Positions 17,227-26,930 of a stretch of DNA of 55,642 bases are shown here, piece by piece. The translations under genes were made by a program, and so were the position numbers. The notes under the pieces were generated by a model. It was not told where the DNA came from. It was given only the letters and a program-made list of their open reading frames with translations, and ran no database searches. The stretch's first letter is position 1, and every line of letters begins with the position of its first letter. This DNA is from Bdellovibrionota bacterium FG-2 (GTDB taxonomy: Bacteria; Bdellovibrionota; UBA1018), in the NCBI GenBank assembly GCA_051382305.1, contig JBBCAV010000131.1, forward strand, positions 1 to 55,642. The letters run 5' to 3'.

Positions 17227-18120
17227 ATGCGATGGAGCTGTCCTCATTGTGCTGCAAACTTAGCCGTTACAGATGAGAAATTGGGATCAGGCTGGTCTTT
17301 TTCACGTTGTTACAAATGTGGAGGATTTGCTTTGGTGAGAAGGTCAGATGTGAACCTCATCAAAGTAGATAAGGCGCCAGCAGGGGAGCACGTCCTGCTA
17401 CCTGAGCCGTCTGAAGATCCCATTTTGGGTCAACAGGCTGCAGATCGTTTGGGAAAATATATTGGCACCAAGACAATGCCAAAAAATATGGGGCCTATCA
17501 CGCATATTGATGGCAAAACAACCTTTCCCCCACCGCTCCCGGAACTTACCGAACTTGTGACTTCGCCGCCGCCACTGCCTCCTCCTCCCGCGGCTCGCGA
17601 TTGGACTCGAGCTATTCTTCCGACTGCCATCGGAATTGCCGGCATCATGGCAATCGGCTCGGGCGTTTACATTTACTGGAAGGGCGAAGCCCTTTATGAA
17701 CGCGCAAAAATAGCGGCAAAAACTGAAACCCTTCGTAACGAAAGCGCAAAACCTGCACCAGTTTCGTTCACAGAAAACAACGACGTAGTGAGAGCACCAT
17801 CCATGCCCCTTACTGATCAAGTTCATCAAAATGCGATGGCCCCTACTCGTGTTAATACACCGGAGCCCGTGCCACCGCCCACAGTGGCCGCAGTAGCGCC
17901 GGAATCTGCACGAATGAAAATTAGAGCAAGACTGGCCGCAAAACTCCACACCGGCCCAGGTCTGGAGTTTCCCGTCGTCGGGGTTGCAAATCCCGAGACC
18001 ACTTATCCGGTGATCGACTGGAGCAATCGTTGGTTCAAAATTTCACTCCCAGGTGAGACCGGCGAAAAGTCCAAGAACCAAGCGTGGATTCGCAATGATC
18101 TCATTCAGCTCGTGCAATAA
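17227..18120 (+). CDS. Zinc-ribbon / Pro-rich / TM / SH3b-like protein
   Basis: CPHC...CYKC at the N-terminus (MJ0042-like); one TM; LHTGPGLEFPVVG...WFKI...AWI SH3b pattern. Start moved to ATG 17227. Confidence 0.8.
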   Translation: MRWSCPHCAANLAVTDEKLGSGWSFSRCYKCGGFALVRRSDVNLIKVDKAPAGEHVLLPEPSEDPILGQQAADRLGKYIGTKTMPKNMGPITHIDGKTTFPPPLPELTELVTSPPPLPPPPAARDWTRAILPTAIGIAGIMAIGSGVYIYWKGEALYERAKIAAKTETLRNESAKPAPVSFTENNDVVRAPSMPLTDQVHQNAMAPTRVNTPEPVPPPTVAAVAPESARMKIRARLAAKLHTGPGLEFPVVGVANPETTYPVIDWSNRWFKISLPGETGEKSKNQAWIRNDLIQLVQ

Positions 18121-18127
18121 TTAATCG

Positions 18128-19624
18128 CTATCGAAGAAGACATTTCCAGATATCAATTTGCTTTGCAGGATAATTCCATCGAGATCCCTGCAGTTTCCAG
18201 AATTTTTCACACCTCGCATTCGGAAACATAGGTGGAGCATCATATCGATTATCACTAATATATAGGACGGGTTTGATGAGCCTGGGCCAAGCAGGCCCTA
18301 CTCCATCAGAGACCGAGAGAGGGCGCCATTCATCTCGGGCCCGCGTCTCTCGGGGAATCCAACTCACAACATTGCGTCCCTGAAGTGCAAACGACGCCTG
18401 TGAGGCCGTTTGATAGCGCGAGGCAAGAACGGGCCAGTGACTCGAAGCTGGATCAAGTTTGCCATTCACTTGATCGTCAAAAAAAGCAGGGAGCTTTGAC
18501 CACCCATACAGATCATTCGTTACATCCAGTCGGGGATCAGGGTTTCTCGAAAGCGCCTGCATCAGGACACCCCCGAGAGGAACAACACAACTCACTAGCA
18601 CAAATGCAGAAACCACTACTGCCTGACCCGTTTGAAAAAAGGCCAATCGTCTAATCAGCCCTGCCTGAAAATTATGATGATAACAGTAAACAAAAGCGAG
18701 CAGTGTTGGCCACCAAACGATGAGGGCCCAGTGGGGTTTGAAATCTGAAAAGATCGGCTGAATAAGGAACACGATCGCGGCAGGAAGAATCCAAACCCAT
18801 AAAAATTTAATCGGTTGTGCCACTCGACTAGGGTTCCGGACGAAGTTGAACAAAGAGAAAAAGAAAAACCCAATCAAAGGCAGACCCGCCAGAAGTCCTT
18901 GCGCGCCCCAGAAACGAAGGGCACGAACCCCAGAAGCGCCGCCCCCTCCGGCATGACGCTCCTGGATTTGATAAAGAATCGAGGCCCATTCATGAGTCGA
19001 GTTCCAATAGAGAATCGGCACAAACCCCAAAATACTTGCAGATAAGACAAGAATAAATCCCGCCTTCAAACGTGGCCGCGGCGCAAATAACAAAATACTC
19101 AGCAGGGCTGAAGCAATCGCAAGTAAGCCTGAATATTTTGAAAGGACCAGAAAAAGCCCCCCCCCAAAAAGAAGAAGTTTCGTAGGGAAGGACAGCCGCT
19201 CTTCAAAACAAAGACCAAAGGTTCCAACCAAAGCGGCGGTGAAGCCAAAGAACAGGGGGAGATCAGGCACCATCATCCAAGAAAGCGCAAAAAAGCCAGG
19301 AAAAGATAGGAGCAATACCCCGGAGAATCGGGTGAGCAAAACTCCAGTACTTCGCAACCAGGCTAACCCTAACGCGAGGCTCGAAGCAGCAAAAAAGGCG
19401 GCAGGAAACCGGACGACCATCACGGAGTTAGGACCAAAAATCGGCCCCAACAAAAACTGAGAAACCGTGATACTCCATGCGACTGCCGGGGGATGATAAG
19501 CATACCCCAGTGCGGGATTCTGGGCCAAGACCCAATAATAAGCTTCGTCATCCGTGAGACCAAATAGTTGCCCAAAAAGAAGTATGAGGAAAAAGAAAAC
19601 TAGGGGCAACCAGCGCCGTGGCAT
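18128..19624 (-). CDS. ArnT/PMT-like (GT-C fold) membrane glycosyltransferase
   Basis: DDEAYYWV, YAYHPPAVAW, VRFP, PDLP, LSKYSG; many TMs. Confidence 0.88.
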   Translation of the reverse strand: MPRRWLPLVFFFLILLFGQLFGLTDDEAYYWVLAQNPALGYAYHPPAVAWSITVSQFLLGPIFGPNSVMVVRFPAAFFAASSLALGLAWLRSTGVLLTRFSGVLLLSFPGFFALSWMMVPDLPLFFGFTAALVGTFGLCFEERLSFPTKLLLFGGGLFLVLSKYSGLLAIASALLSILLFAPRPRLKAGFILVLSASILGFVPILYWNSTHEWASILYQIQERHAGGGGASGVRALRFWGAQGLLAGLPLIGFFFFSLFNFVRNPSRVAQPIKFLWVWILPAAIVFLIQPIFSDFKPHWALIVWWPTLLAFVYCYHHNFQAGLIRRLAFFQTGQAVVVSAFVLVSCVVPLGGVLMQALSRNPDPRLDVTNDLYGWSKLPAFFDDQVNGKLDPASSHWPVLASRYQTASQASFALQGRNVVSWIPRETRARDEWRPLSVSDGVGPAWPRLIKPVLYISDNRYDAPPMFPNARCEKFWKLQGSRWNYPAKQIDIWKCLLR

Positions 19625-19627
19625 CCC

Positions 19628-20575
19628 CTACCCCTCAGTGTGTTTCGGTTTTCGAGACGCGAAATCTGGAACCGTAAACTCAATCATCGTTCGAATCCCC
19701 GTGCTAAAGCGTTTCCAATAGGCTTCGGCCTTTTTTGGATCGGCAGAAGGAAGCTCTAAAGTCAGCGTAGGAATTCCCTGTTCATGTCCCGCGTAGTTTC
19801 CCAGTGAACCGGGAAAATAGCCCGAAGAAATCGCTTTCAGCTTTTTCCGCAACGCCAAACACTCGTGCACATACGCTTTTGAAAAGCGCGCAAGCGACAA
19901 GGGCGTGGGCCCATCATAATCAATAAAATTTAGAGGCGCATGCACCGAAAGAAGCTTCTGGGGTTGAAACGTCTTAATCAGATCTTCTTGAAAATGGGTC
20001 TCAGGTTCAGAGCGCGGTTTTTCTCCAGGAAAACGTCGCAGATCCGAACGAAATTTCGTTTTCCAGGCCAGAATGGCCGTTGTATCCCAATCTCGGGTGA
20101 GAAAGTTACGGTTCACATCCACCCCATGGGCATTCACGCGGGTTCTGGGTTTCTTAAAAAAACTATCCGGATTTACGAGAGGGGCAATAATCACATGAGC
20201 CTTCGGAAATCGCTTCTCGTTGTCTTTCATCCAATGGGCGAGTTGAATGCCTAAAAAAAGCGGGGTGATCTCATCTCCATGGGCCATCGAAAAAATGAGC
20301 GTCGTATTTTTGGAATTCACGTCGCCGAATTCTGCATATACCAAGGGCCGGCCCAGAACAGAATGCCCCGCAGTTTTCCATTCCAACCCTTCGCAGGGCT
20401 TAATTTTCCACTTAAGCGCCACAAAAGACTTCGACAGGGCTTCGCACCACTGCTGAATCTCGGTTTGTTCTTTTTCGGGGCCGGGTTCTTGAGCAAAAAC
20501 ACAAGTCGGGGCCTGAGAAAAGAGCAGAAGCGCGACAATAAAAGAGCTAAGAATATTTCGAACGATCATATGCAA
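19628..20575 (-). CDS. M14 zinc carboxypeptidase, murein peptide amidase MpaA-like, exported
   Basis: HGDE, NPD, RVNAHGVDVNRNF, SEPET, SVH, TLELP; signal peptide. Confidence 0.85.
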   Translation of the reverse strand: MHMIVRNILSSFIVALLLFSQAPTCVFAQEPGPEKEQTEIQQWCEALSKSFVALKWKIKPCEGLEWKTAGHSVLGRPLVYAEFGDVNSKNTTLIFSMAHGDEITPLFLGIQLAHWMKDNEKRFPKAHVIIAPLVNPDSFFKKPRTRVNAHGVDVNRNFLTRDWDTTAILAWKTKFRSDLRRFPGEKPRSEPETHFQEDLIKTFQPQKLLSVHAPLNFIDYDGPTPLSLARFSKAYVHECLALRKKLKAISSGYFPGSLGNYAGHEQGIPTLTLELPSADPKKAEAYWKRFSTGIRTMIEFTVPDFASRKPKHTEG

Positions 20576-21202
20576 TCAAGAAGTAAGCGTTTTCCTTTTA
20601 AGTTTGCGATGTCCCAAGTACCATTTTCCAATGATGACAAAAAGAAGTCCAAAAGCACCAAAAGCGAGTCCGTGTTCAACCCTCTGAATCACCCGGACCA
20701 CTCGATCCAGCTCATCTCCAAAATAATACACAGCTCCGATGATTGAGGGAACACTAATGAATGCCGCAATCCCATCATAGAAGATAAAAGTCCGAAATGG
20801 GACATGCAGGGCGCCCGCTGAGAAGAAGAAGGGCGATCGAAGACCGGGCATAAACCGCGCGGCGAAGATCAAGCGGGTCCCTTTAGCGTTGAGCTGCTTG
20901 CTGACATAGTTGAGCCGTTCATCAGGAAGAATCCTATGAAAAAACCAACGTTTGGTGAGCCTTCTTCCAAAGTAATAGCCCAGCCAAAAAACAATGGTAT
21001 CGCCCACCAAAACGCCGAACAAACAAATCGCGATCATGACCCCAAGCTTAGTGACGCCATAATAAGACAAGAGTCCCGCTGCAAACAAAGTAATGTCTTC
21101 GGGCAAAGGAAGTCCAAATCCGCACGCCAAGAGAATTGCCAAGACGAGCAAATAAGGAGTGGGGCCATAGAAGGTGAGGAGAAAATCGACAAGTCGGTCC
21201 AT
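20576..21202 (-). CDS. dedA: DedA family membrane protein
   Basis: GLPLPEDITL, LVGDTIVFWLG, ARFMPGLR. Confidence 0.92.
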   Translation of the reverse strand: MDRLVDFLLTFYGPTPYLLVLAILLACGFGLPLPEDITLFAAGLLSYYGVTKLGVMIAICLFGVLVGDTIVFWLGYYFGRRLTKRWFFHRILPDERLNYVSKQLNAKGTRLIFAARFMPGLRSPFFFSAGALHVPFRTFIFYDGIAAFISVPSIIGAVYYFGDELDRVVRVIQRVEHGLAFGAFGLLFVIIGKWYLGHRKLKRKTLTS

Positions 21203-21213
21203 TTGGGTGCCTA

Positions 21214-22128
21214 TTATTTTTTATTTAAGGGGTGATTGCAACGGTATTCGTCCATCAGGGCCCCAATATCCACATGCGTATAGCGCTGTGTCGTTGAAAG
21301 CCGTGCGTGGCCCAACATTTCTTGAATCGAGCGAAGGTCGGCTCCTGCCGCCAATAAATGGGTCGCAAAGCTATGCCGGAGACCGTGCGGCGAGAGGCTT
21401 TTTGAAGCAGCAATTCGTACTAAATTCCGATTCAATATTCTTCCCACGCTTCGTGTCGAAAGCCGCCCTCCCTTATAATTCACAAACAGAGGGCTGCTCC
21501 CGAGGCTCCCAAGCGCGCCCCACGCCTCGCGATCCTGTTGATGGGCCTTAAGCGCGTCTATAGCCGGCGTCCCGAGCGGAACCATTCGCTCCTTATCGCC
21601 CTTTCCCCTAACCAGCACCCACCCTTTGTTGAGATCCACATGGCTCCAGTTGAGATCTACGGCTTCGCTGACACGAAGGCCGCATCCATATATCACTTCA
21701 AAAAGGGCTCGATCCCGCCGCCCCAATCGCGTGGCAAGATCCGGGGCTTCGATGAGCTCCTGCATTTCTTCAATTTTCAAAAATCGCGGCAGCTCCCGCT
21801 CACATTTTGGAGTAGGCACCAAGACGCCTACATCTTGACTCACCCAACCTTCTTTTCGTGCATACCGTAGGAAAGAGCGAATTGACGAAAGTTTGCGACA
21901 AATCGAGCTTCTTTTGTGGGAATCATAAAGTGTTGAAAGATAACTTCGAAGCTTTGCGGGCGTCAGCTCTCGTTGAAGGGCCGCGAGATCCTCGATCGCG
22001 TATTGAGTTTTAAGCCCCTTGGCCCAATGATCTAAGTCCTGTGTATAAGCACGAACAGTTTGTGGACTGTAGCCCCGCCGAGATTTAAGATAGTCTAAAT
22101 AGGATTGGATTGCCGTTACGATCGTCAC
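21214..22128 (-). CDS. xerC: Tyrosine recombinase XerC
   Basis: RDRALFEVIYGCGLRVSE, GKGDKER, HGLRHSFATH, LGHARLSTTQRYTHV; adjacent to trmFO. Confidence 0.88.
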   Translation of the reverse strand: MTIVTAIQSYLDYLKSRRGYSPQTVRAYTQDLDHWAKGLKTQYAIEDLAALQRELTPAKLRSYLSTLYDSHKRSSICRKLSSIRSFLRYARKEGWVSQDVGVLVPTPKCERELPRFLKIEEMQELIEAPDLATRLGRRDRALFEVIYGCGLRVSEAVDLNWSHVDLNKGWVLVRGKGDKERMVPLGTPAIDALKAHQQDREAWGALGSLGSSPLFVNYKGGRLSTRSVGRILNRNLVRIAASKSLSPHGLRHSFATHLLAAGADLRSIQEMLGHARLSTTQRYTHVDIGALMDEYRCNHPLNKK

Positions 22129-22174
22129 GATGTTTTAAGTGTAGACGGGCGGACACTAATATAAAAGGAGCGGC

Positions 22175-23512
22175 ATGTCAGAGCCAAACGTCCAAGAAGT
22201 TCACATCATCGGGGCCGGACTCGCGGGAAGTGAAGCGGCCTACTTCTTAGCAGAGCGCGGCATCTCGGTCACAATTCATGAAATGCGCCCACAAACCATG
22301 ACCGCAGCGCACTCGAGCGGAGACTGTGCTGAACTGGTTTGCAGTAATTCGTTCAAATCGACCAACCCAAACACCGCTCACGGCATGCTCAAGACAGAAA
22401 TGACCCAGATGGGTTCGCTGGTCCTGAAAATCGCCCCCGATGTTGCAGTCCCTGCCGGAGATGCACTCGCGGTGGATCGAAAACTGTTTTCCGAAAAAAT
22501 CACCCAAGTCCTGCACACCCATCCGAATATTTCTTTTTTCCACGAAGACGTGAGCAAGCCTCGGAACGACAAAATCACGTTGATCGCCACCGGCCCCCTC
22601 CCCTCCCCCTCCCTCACTGAGTGGCTCGTGCGAATCACGGGCAGTGAAGATCTCTATTTTTACGATGCGATCGCCCCCATTGTCGAAGCCTCGAGCGTCG
22701 ATCCGCTCTATTCTTTTTCAGCGAATCGCTACGATAAGGGCGAAGAAGCCGCCTATTTGAATTGTCCGATGGACGAAGCGCAGTACCAAGAATTTATCGA
22801 CACCCTCCTTACCGCCCGCTGTGTTCCTCCAAAACTTTTTGAACAAGAGAAATTTTATTCCGGCTGCCAGCCCATCGAGGCGATCGCCCAGACAGGCCGT
22901 GAGAGTTTACGTTTTGGGCCGATGAAACCTGTGGGCTTAGACGATCCGCGTACGGGCAAGAGGCCCCATGCCGTCTTACAGCTACGCCCCGAAAACCGCT
23001 CAAAAACTGCCTACAATCTCGTCGGATTTCAGACCAAGCTCACTTACGGGGAGCAGGCCCGAGTGTTTCGCAGGATCCCGGCGCTTCGGGATGCCGAGTT
23101 TTTGCGCTTCGGATCGATTCATCGAAACACCTATGTGTGCGGACCGCGAGTCTTGAGGCCGGATCTTTCCCTTCGAGGGCAACCCAAAGTTTATCTCGGT
23201 GGACAACTCACGGGCGTTGAAGGCTATCTCGAGTCCGCCGCCTGCGGGATGTTGGCAGCCCATTTTATTTATCAAAGGCTTCGTGAGCGCCCGCATGAAG
23301 CGCCGCCTGCCGACACCACCCTCGGAGCTCTTCTTCGACATGTCACCGCCGCAAACGACAAAAACTACCAACCCTCCGGAATGCATTTTGGCCTCCTCGA
23401 TCCTCTGTTTTTTCCGGATGTCACAGGACTCCCAAAAGACGTGAGCCGGGCGAAAATGGCCGAACATGCCCGCGGGAGTTTTTCAAAGTGGTGGAGGCGC
23501 CAACATGATTGA
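22175..23512 (+). CDS. trmFO: tRNA m5U54 methyltransferase TrmFO
   Basis: IGAGLAGSEAA, AELVCSNS, FYDAIAP, FGPMKPVGL, GVEGYLES. Confidence 0.96.
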   Translation: MSEPNVQEVHIIGAGLAGSEAAYFLAERGISVTIHEMRPQTMTAAHSSGDCAELVCSNSFKSTNPNTAHGMLKTEMTQMGSLVLKIAPDVAVPAGDALAVDRKLFSEKITQVLHTHPNISFFHEDVSKPRNDKITLIATGPLPSPSLTEWLVRITGSEDLYFYDAIAPIVEASSVDPLYSFSANRYDKGEEAAYLNCPMDEAQYQEFIDTLLTARCVPPKLFEQEKFYSGCQPIEAIAQTGRESLRFGPMKPVGLDDPRTGKRPHAVLQLRPENRSKTAYNLVGFQTKLTYGEQARVFRRIPALRDAEFLRFGSIHRNTYVCGPRVLRPDLSLRGQPKVYLGGQLTGVEGYLESAACGMLAAHFIYQRLRERPHEAPPADTTLGALLRHVTAANDKNYQPSGMHFGLLDPLFFPDVTGLPKDVSRAKMAEHARGSFSKWWRRQHD

Positions 23513-24416
23513 GAAAGTCCTAGGACCCATTCTCATTGGGTTGGCGGCGTTTATGTGGGCGACGGACGCGCTCATGCGAGTTCCCGTTTTGCGCACTCTT
23601 GATCCCACGTTTATCGTTTTTATCGAACACCTCATCGGTGTCGGCGTTTTGATGCCTTGGGTTTTGTTCAAGTATCGCAAGGGACTCTTCGGCTTAAGCA
23701 AGAAGGAATGGTTGGGCGCGCTCGTGATTGGCGCCGGAGGCTCGGGGCTTGCCACAGTTCTTTTTACGGCGAGTTTTGGTTATGTCAATCCGACCATCGC
23801 AATCTTGCTTCAGAAACTGCAACCGCTCTTTGTTTTACTTCTCGCCGTCGTATTTCTTCGGGAGCGCCCGGGCTGGCGCGTGGTGGGCTGGGGAATTCTC
23901 GCTTTGATTTCAGCCGTGGTACTGAGCTTCCCCCATTTTGATTTAGGGTTTTTGGATCAACGAATCGACATTCATTCAAAGGGCGTGCTTTACGCGGTGG
24001 GGGCCGCCTTTTTGTGGGCACTCGCCACAATCATTGGCAAGGCTTTCCTCATGAAGAACGCGCCAGACTTCGTGACGTTTTGGCGATTTAGCTTTGGGTT
24101 AGTCGCAGTGGGGGTGCTTTTATTTTTGGGAGGCGCAGGATTGGCCCAAGAACCCTGGGGAAAGCTCATGAACGAAAGCACCCGAAACTCGCTCCTTTAT
24201 ATGGCGCTGGTGCCGGGACTTTTGTCGATGCTCTTTTACTACGCCGGGCTTTCGCGAGCCTCGGCCAGTGTGGCGTCTTTAGTCGAATTGACGTTTCCGC
24301 TTTTTGCTGTGGTTTTGAATTATTTTTTCTTAGGCCTCAGCTTAACGGGAACCCAGCTGGGCGCGGGCGCGGTTTTGGTATTTGCAGTGTCGCGGATATC
24401 GGTGTCGAAGGGGTGA
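23505..24416 (+). CDS. DMT/EamA family transporter
   Basis: About 10 TMs in two EamA repeats, LLQKLQPLF; start at ATG 23505. Confidence 0.9.
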   Translation: MIEKVLGPILIGLAAFMWATDALMRVPVLRTLDPTFIVFIEHLIGVGVLMPWVLFKYRKGLFGLSKKEWLGALVIGAGGSGLATVLFTASFGYVNPTIAILLQKLQPLFVLLLAVVFLRERPGWRVVGWGILALISAVVLSFPHFDLGFLDQRIDIHSKGVLYAVGAAFLWALATIIGKAFLMKNAPDFVTFWRFSFGLVAVGVLLFLGGAGLAQEPWGKLMNESTRNSLLYMALVPGLLSMLFYYAGLSRASASVASLVELTFPLFAVVLNYFFLGLSLTGTQLGAGAVLVFAVSRISVSKG

Positions 24417-24426
24417 GGATTAGGGG

Positions 24427-24497
24427 CACTTCACAAACAGCGAAGTTAGAGGCCTACCCCCCCGACCCTTCGGCCCAGAACTTCACTCTTTCGGAAG
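24427..24497 (+). repeat. REP/REPIN-like dispersed repeat, copy A
   Basis: 66/71 nt identical to the reverse complement of 55554-55624; two ACTTC-N9-GAAG hairpins. Confidence 0.85.
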
Positions 24498-24816
24498 CGC
24501 TTTGGAATCCGTTGCTGAAAAGTGCGCAAGTAACGTCATGCCTCAGCACCAATCCCAAAACGCCTAGAATTCACAGGTTTTTTTGACACCAGGGCCAGAA
24601 AGCACAAGCAAAATTCCGACTGAGTTTTCCACCGCCCCCAAATGCTTGACGCATAGCGTACAGAATTATCAGCACATTTTAGGCACTTAATGCATATAGT
24701 CATTGACAAATCCTTCAGCAACCGGCACAACCGATGCCTGGCAAGCGACTTGCTATGGGGACCTGGGTAAACCAAAAGGTAAATCGAAAACCGTTCTCTC
24801 TGGGAGGAGAAAAGAA

Positions 24817-25653
24817 ATGAAAAAACAGGGTGGGGTTATTTTATTGGCATCGGCGATGATGAGTCTTTCGGCTTCGGCAGAAACTTCTACATCTTCAGCA
24901 CAACAATTGACGTCTGACATTCTCAACAAGATGACTTCGACCGCCGTGGTCATCATCGGTGGATCTGCTCTGGATAATCCTGCAAGTCTTCGGGCTCCTG
25001 ACGACGGAGTCATGACTTTGGATACAGTTCTGGGTGCGGGATATAAGGTCACCCCAGAAATTACGGCTGGGGTCTTCGGCGAAGTTGTTCTTCAGCCTTT
25101 TCTCAAACGCGACTACACCTTCTCTGATCCAGCCGTCAAAGTGAGTCACTCCAAATTGATTACCTCTGGGACCTTCAGTCTCGCTGCTGATCTTCGCGTT
25201 TATCCAGGTTTACTCGACTCAACACGCAATAAAGACCAGTATTTTGCTTGGAGAACCACGCAGAATATGAACTATGAAATTCCAGGTACACGTTTGACCG
25301 TAGGCTCTGTCAGCTATATGCGTCAGTATGTGATGGGCCCTCAAGGCGCCGCTGCTGGAGCCTCTGAGAAGCCTTCAACGGACTTTTTAGGCTATTGGGG
25401 TCCAAACGTGAACTATCAGCTCACTCCCAAGTTCGCGCTGGTCGCCCTTTATGAAATTTATCCTATTCATAAGCTCGGAAATGGTTTTGGACTTGCTTCA
25501 ATCTCGCAAGGCTATCCCATGGACTTTGAACCGGGCGTCAGTATCGACGTAACGGACAAGCTCAATGTGAGTCCTTTCTTTAACATCTATCCAACCGACG
25601 CAAAACTCGCCAACACGACGATCAACGTGACTGTCGTTGCGAAGCTGTTCTAA
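24817..25653 (+). CDS. Outer-membrane beta-barrel protein
   Basis: GGAGG RBS, signal peptide ...SASA, amphipathic strands, terminal Phe. Confidence 0.8.
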   Translation: MKKQGGVILLASAMMSLSASAETSTSSAQQLTSDILNKMTSTAVVIIGGSALDNPASLRAPDDGVMTLDTVLGAGYKVTPEITAGVFGEVVLQPFLKRDYTFSDPAVKVSHSKLITSGTFSLAADLRVYPGLLDSTRNKDQYFAWRTTQNMNYEIPGTRLTVGSVSYMRQYVMGPQGAAAGASEKPSTDFLGYWGPNVNYQLTPKFALVALYEIYPIHKLGNGFGLASISQGYPMDFEPGVSIDVTDKLNVSPFFNIYPTDAKLANTTINVTVVAKLF

Positions 25654-25679
25654 GCGTCCGGCATAATCGGATTATTTGC

Positions 25680-25716
25680 GCGCCTGAGAGGGTTCTCCCC
25701 TTTCAGGCGTTTTTTT
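25680..25716 (+). terminator. Rho-independent terminator
   Basis: CGCCTGA...TCAGGCG stem followed by a T7 run. Confidence 0.85.
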
Positions 25717-25760
25717 GTCGTTCTCCTCTCCCCCAATTTAAGGTAAGACCAACACATCCT

Positions 25761-26450
25761 ATGAAAACACTCACCGAATTTGCTGCCATCACATTGAAAA
25801 ATGCCTCCAAAACTCAAGCGGAACTCACCACCGCAGGAAAAACTCCCGAAGAATTGCCCGCGGCAATGGGCGAGGCGCTGAAACTGGAGGGCGATAAGCT
25901 CACGTTTCTTCTCGCGGCTCTTGAAATCGTAGGCACAAAAGTTACCGATCTAAAGCGGGTCGTTGTTTATTCGCTCAACGAAGGCGAAACAGCTCCCCCA
26001 ACAGTGAAGCAAAAAGGCGAGCATTGTTACCTCGTCGAGTTCTATCCTTCGCTTACGCAAAAAGCTCAACACGATGACCGCGGTGACTCGCGAGGCCGTG
26101 ACGGTCGCGGTGGTGCGCGCGGCGACAAACGTGGCAAAAGAGGCGACTCCCGAGGCCCTCGCCCAGGTGGCGATAGAAGACCCCCACGTGAAAGCGCTCC
26201 GGCCAACCCGCTGAGCATTCGCCCATCTATTGTAGCACGCCCAACCGGAGAGCCGAGCGAAGCACGACCAGCGCTAGCGCCTCGCGAACCCCGCCCGCCG
26301 CGCGTCCCTAAAGAACCCGTAAAGTCTAACGGCTATGTAATCAAGCTTGCCTCAAAGGCCGGGGCCACTGAAGGCGTAACTCCCCCTGCGGAAATGCCGC
26401 AGGCGACGGAGACGTCTGGATCATCCGACACTCCACCGACAACGACGTAA
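25761..26450 (+). CDS. Hypothetical protein with Arg/Gly/Pro-rich disordered C-half
   Basis: Long ORF; ~100-aa globular N-domain then RGD/RGG-rich tract. Confidence 0.75.
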   Translation: MKTLTEFAAITLKNASKTQAELTTAGKTPEELPAAMGEALKLEGDKLTFLLAALEIVGTKVTDLKRVVVYSLNEGETAPPTVKQKGEHCYLVEFYPSLTQKAQHDDRGDSRGRDGRGGARGDKRGKRGDSRGPRPGGDRRPPRESAPANPLSIRPSIVARPTGEPSEARPALAPREPRPPRVPKEPVKSNGYVIKLASKAGATEGVTPPAEMPQATETSGSSDTPPTTT

Positions 26451-26471
26451 GCGAACTCATCATCCTGCACT

Positions 26472-26930
26472 CTACTTATGGGGCACGACATTAAACGTCG
26501 CCGTCGCCATTGAGACCGGACTTTTTTCGCCTTTGCGGAATATAAATCCGTGCACCACGCAAACGCGTTTCCCGCGAAAAATCACTTTCGTGCGCGCACG
26601 TAACGTATCGCCAACATCCAGGGGTTGCAGGTAATTCACCTTCAGCTCGACGGTAGAGCAAAAATCCTTAGGCCCGAGCGTTGAAAATACGGCCGCTCCA
26701 CAACCAAAATCAAAGAAGGCGGAGATCACGCCTCCATGCACACGACCGGCGGGAGAAAGATGATCTTCACGAACCTTGAGCTCCGCTTCGGCCGAATAAT
26801 GGGTACGATCCATCTTGATAAGCTTGTACCCCAGCCAGCGCCCGAACTGATCGGGGTGCTGATAGTTTTCAAGCTCGAAGCTTTCGTGAGCCTGTTTTGA
26901 TTCCGCCACAGTCTTCTTATTAATTTTCAC
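26472..26930 (-). CDS. PaaI-family thioesterase
   Basis: HGGVISAFFD, STVELKVNYL. Confidence 0.9.
   Translation of the reverse strand: MKINKKTVAESKQAHESFELENYQHPDQFGRWLGYKLIKMDRTHYSAEAELKVREDHLSPAGRVHGGVISAFFDFGCGAAVFSTLGPKDFCSTVELKVNYLQPLDVGDTLRARTKVIFRGKRVCVVHGFIFRKGEKSPVSMATATFNVVPHK

Noticed and set aside
21214-22128. Prophage or island integrase
   Set aside because: Length, motifs and trmFO linkage fit housekeeping XerC; no phage genes or att repeats seen.
24500-24816. Riboswitch or ncRNA in the long leader of the OMP gene
   Set aside because: Only short hairpins; no recognisable aptamer consensus by eye. An Rfam scan would be needed.
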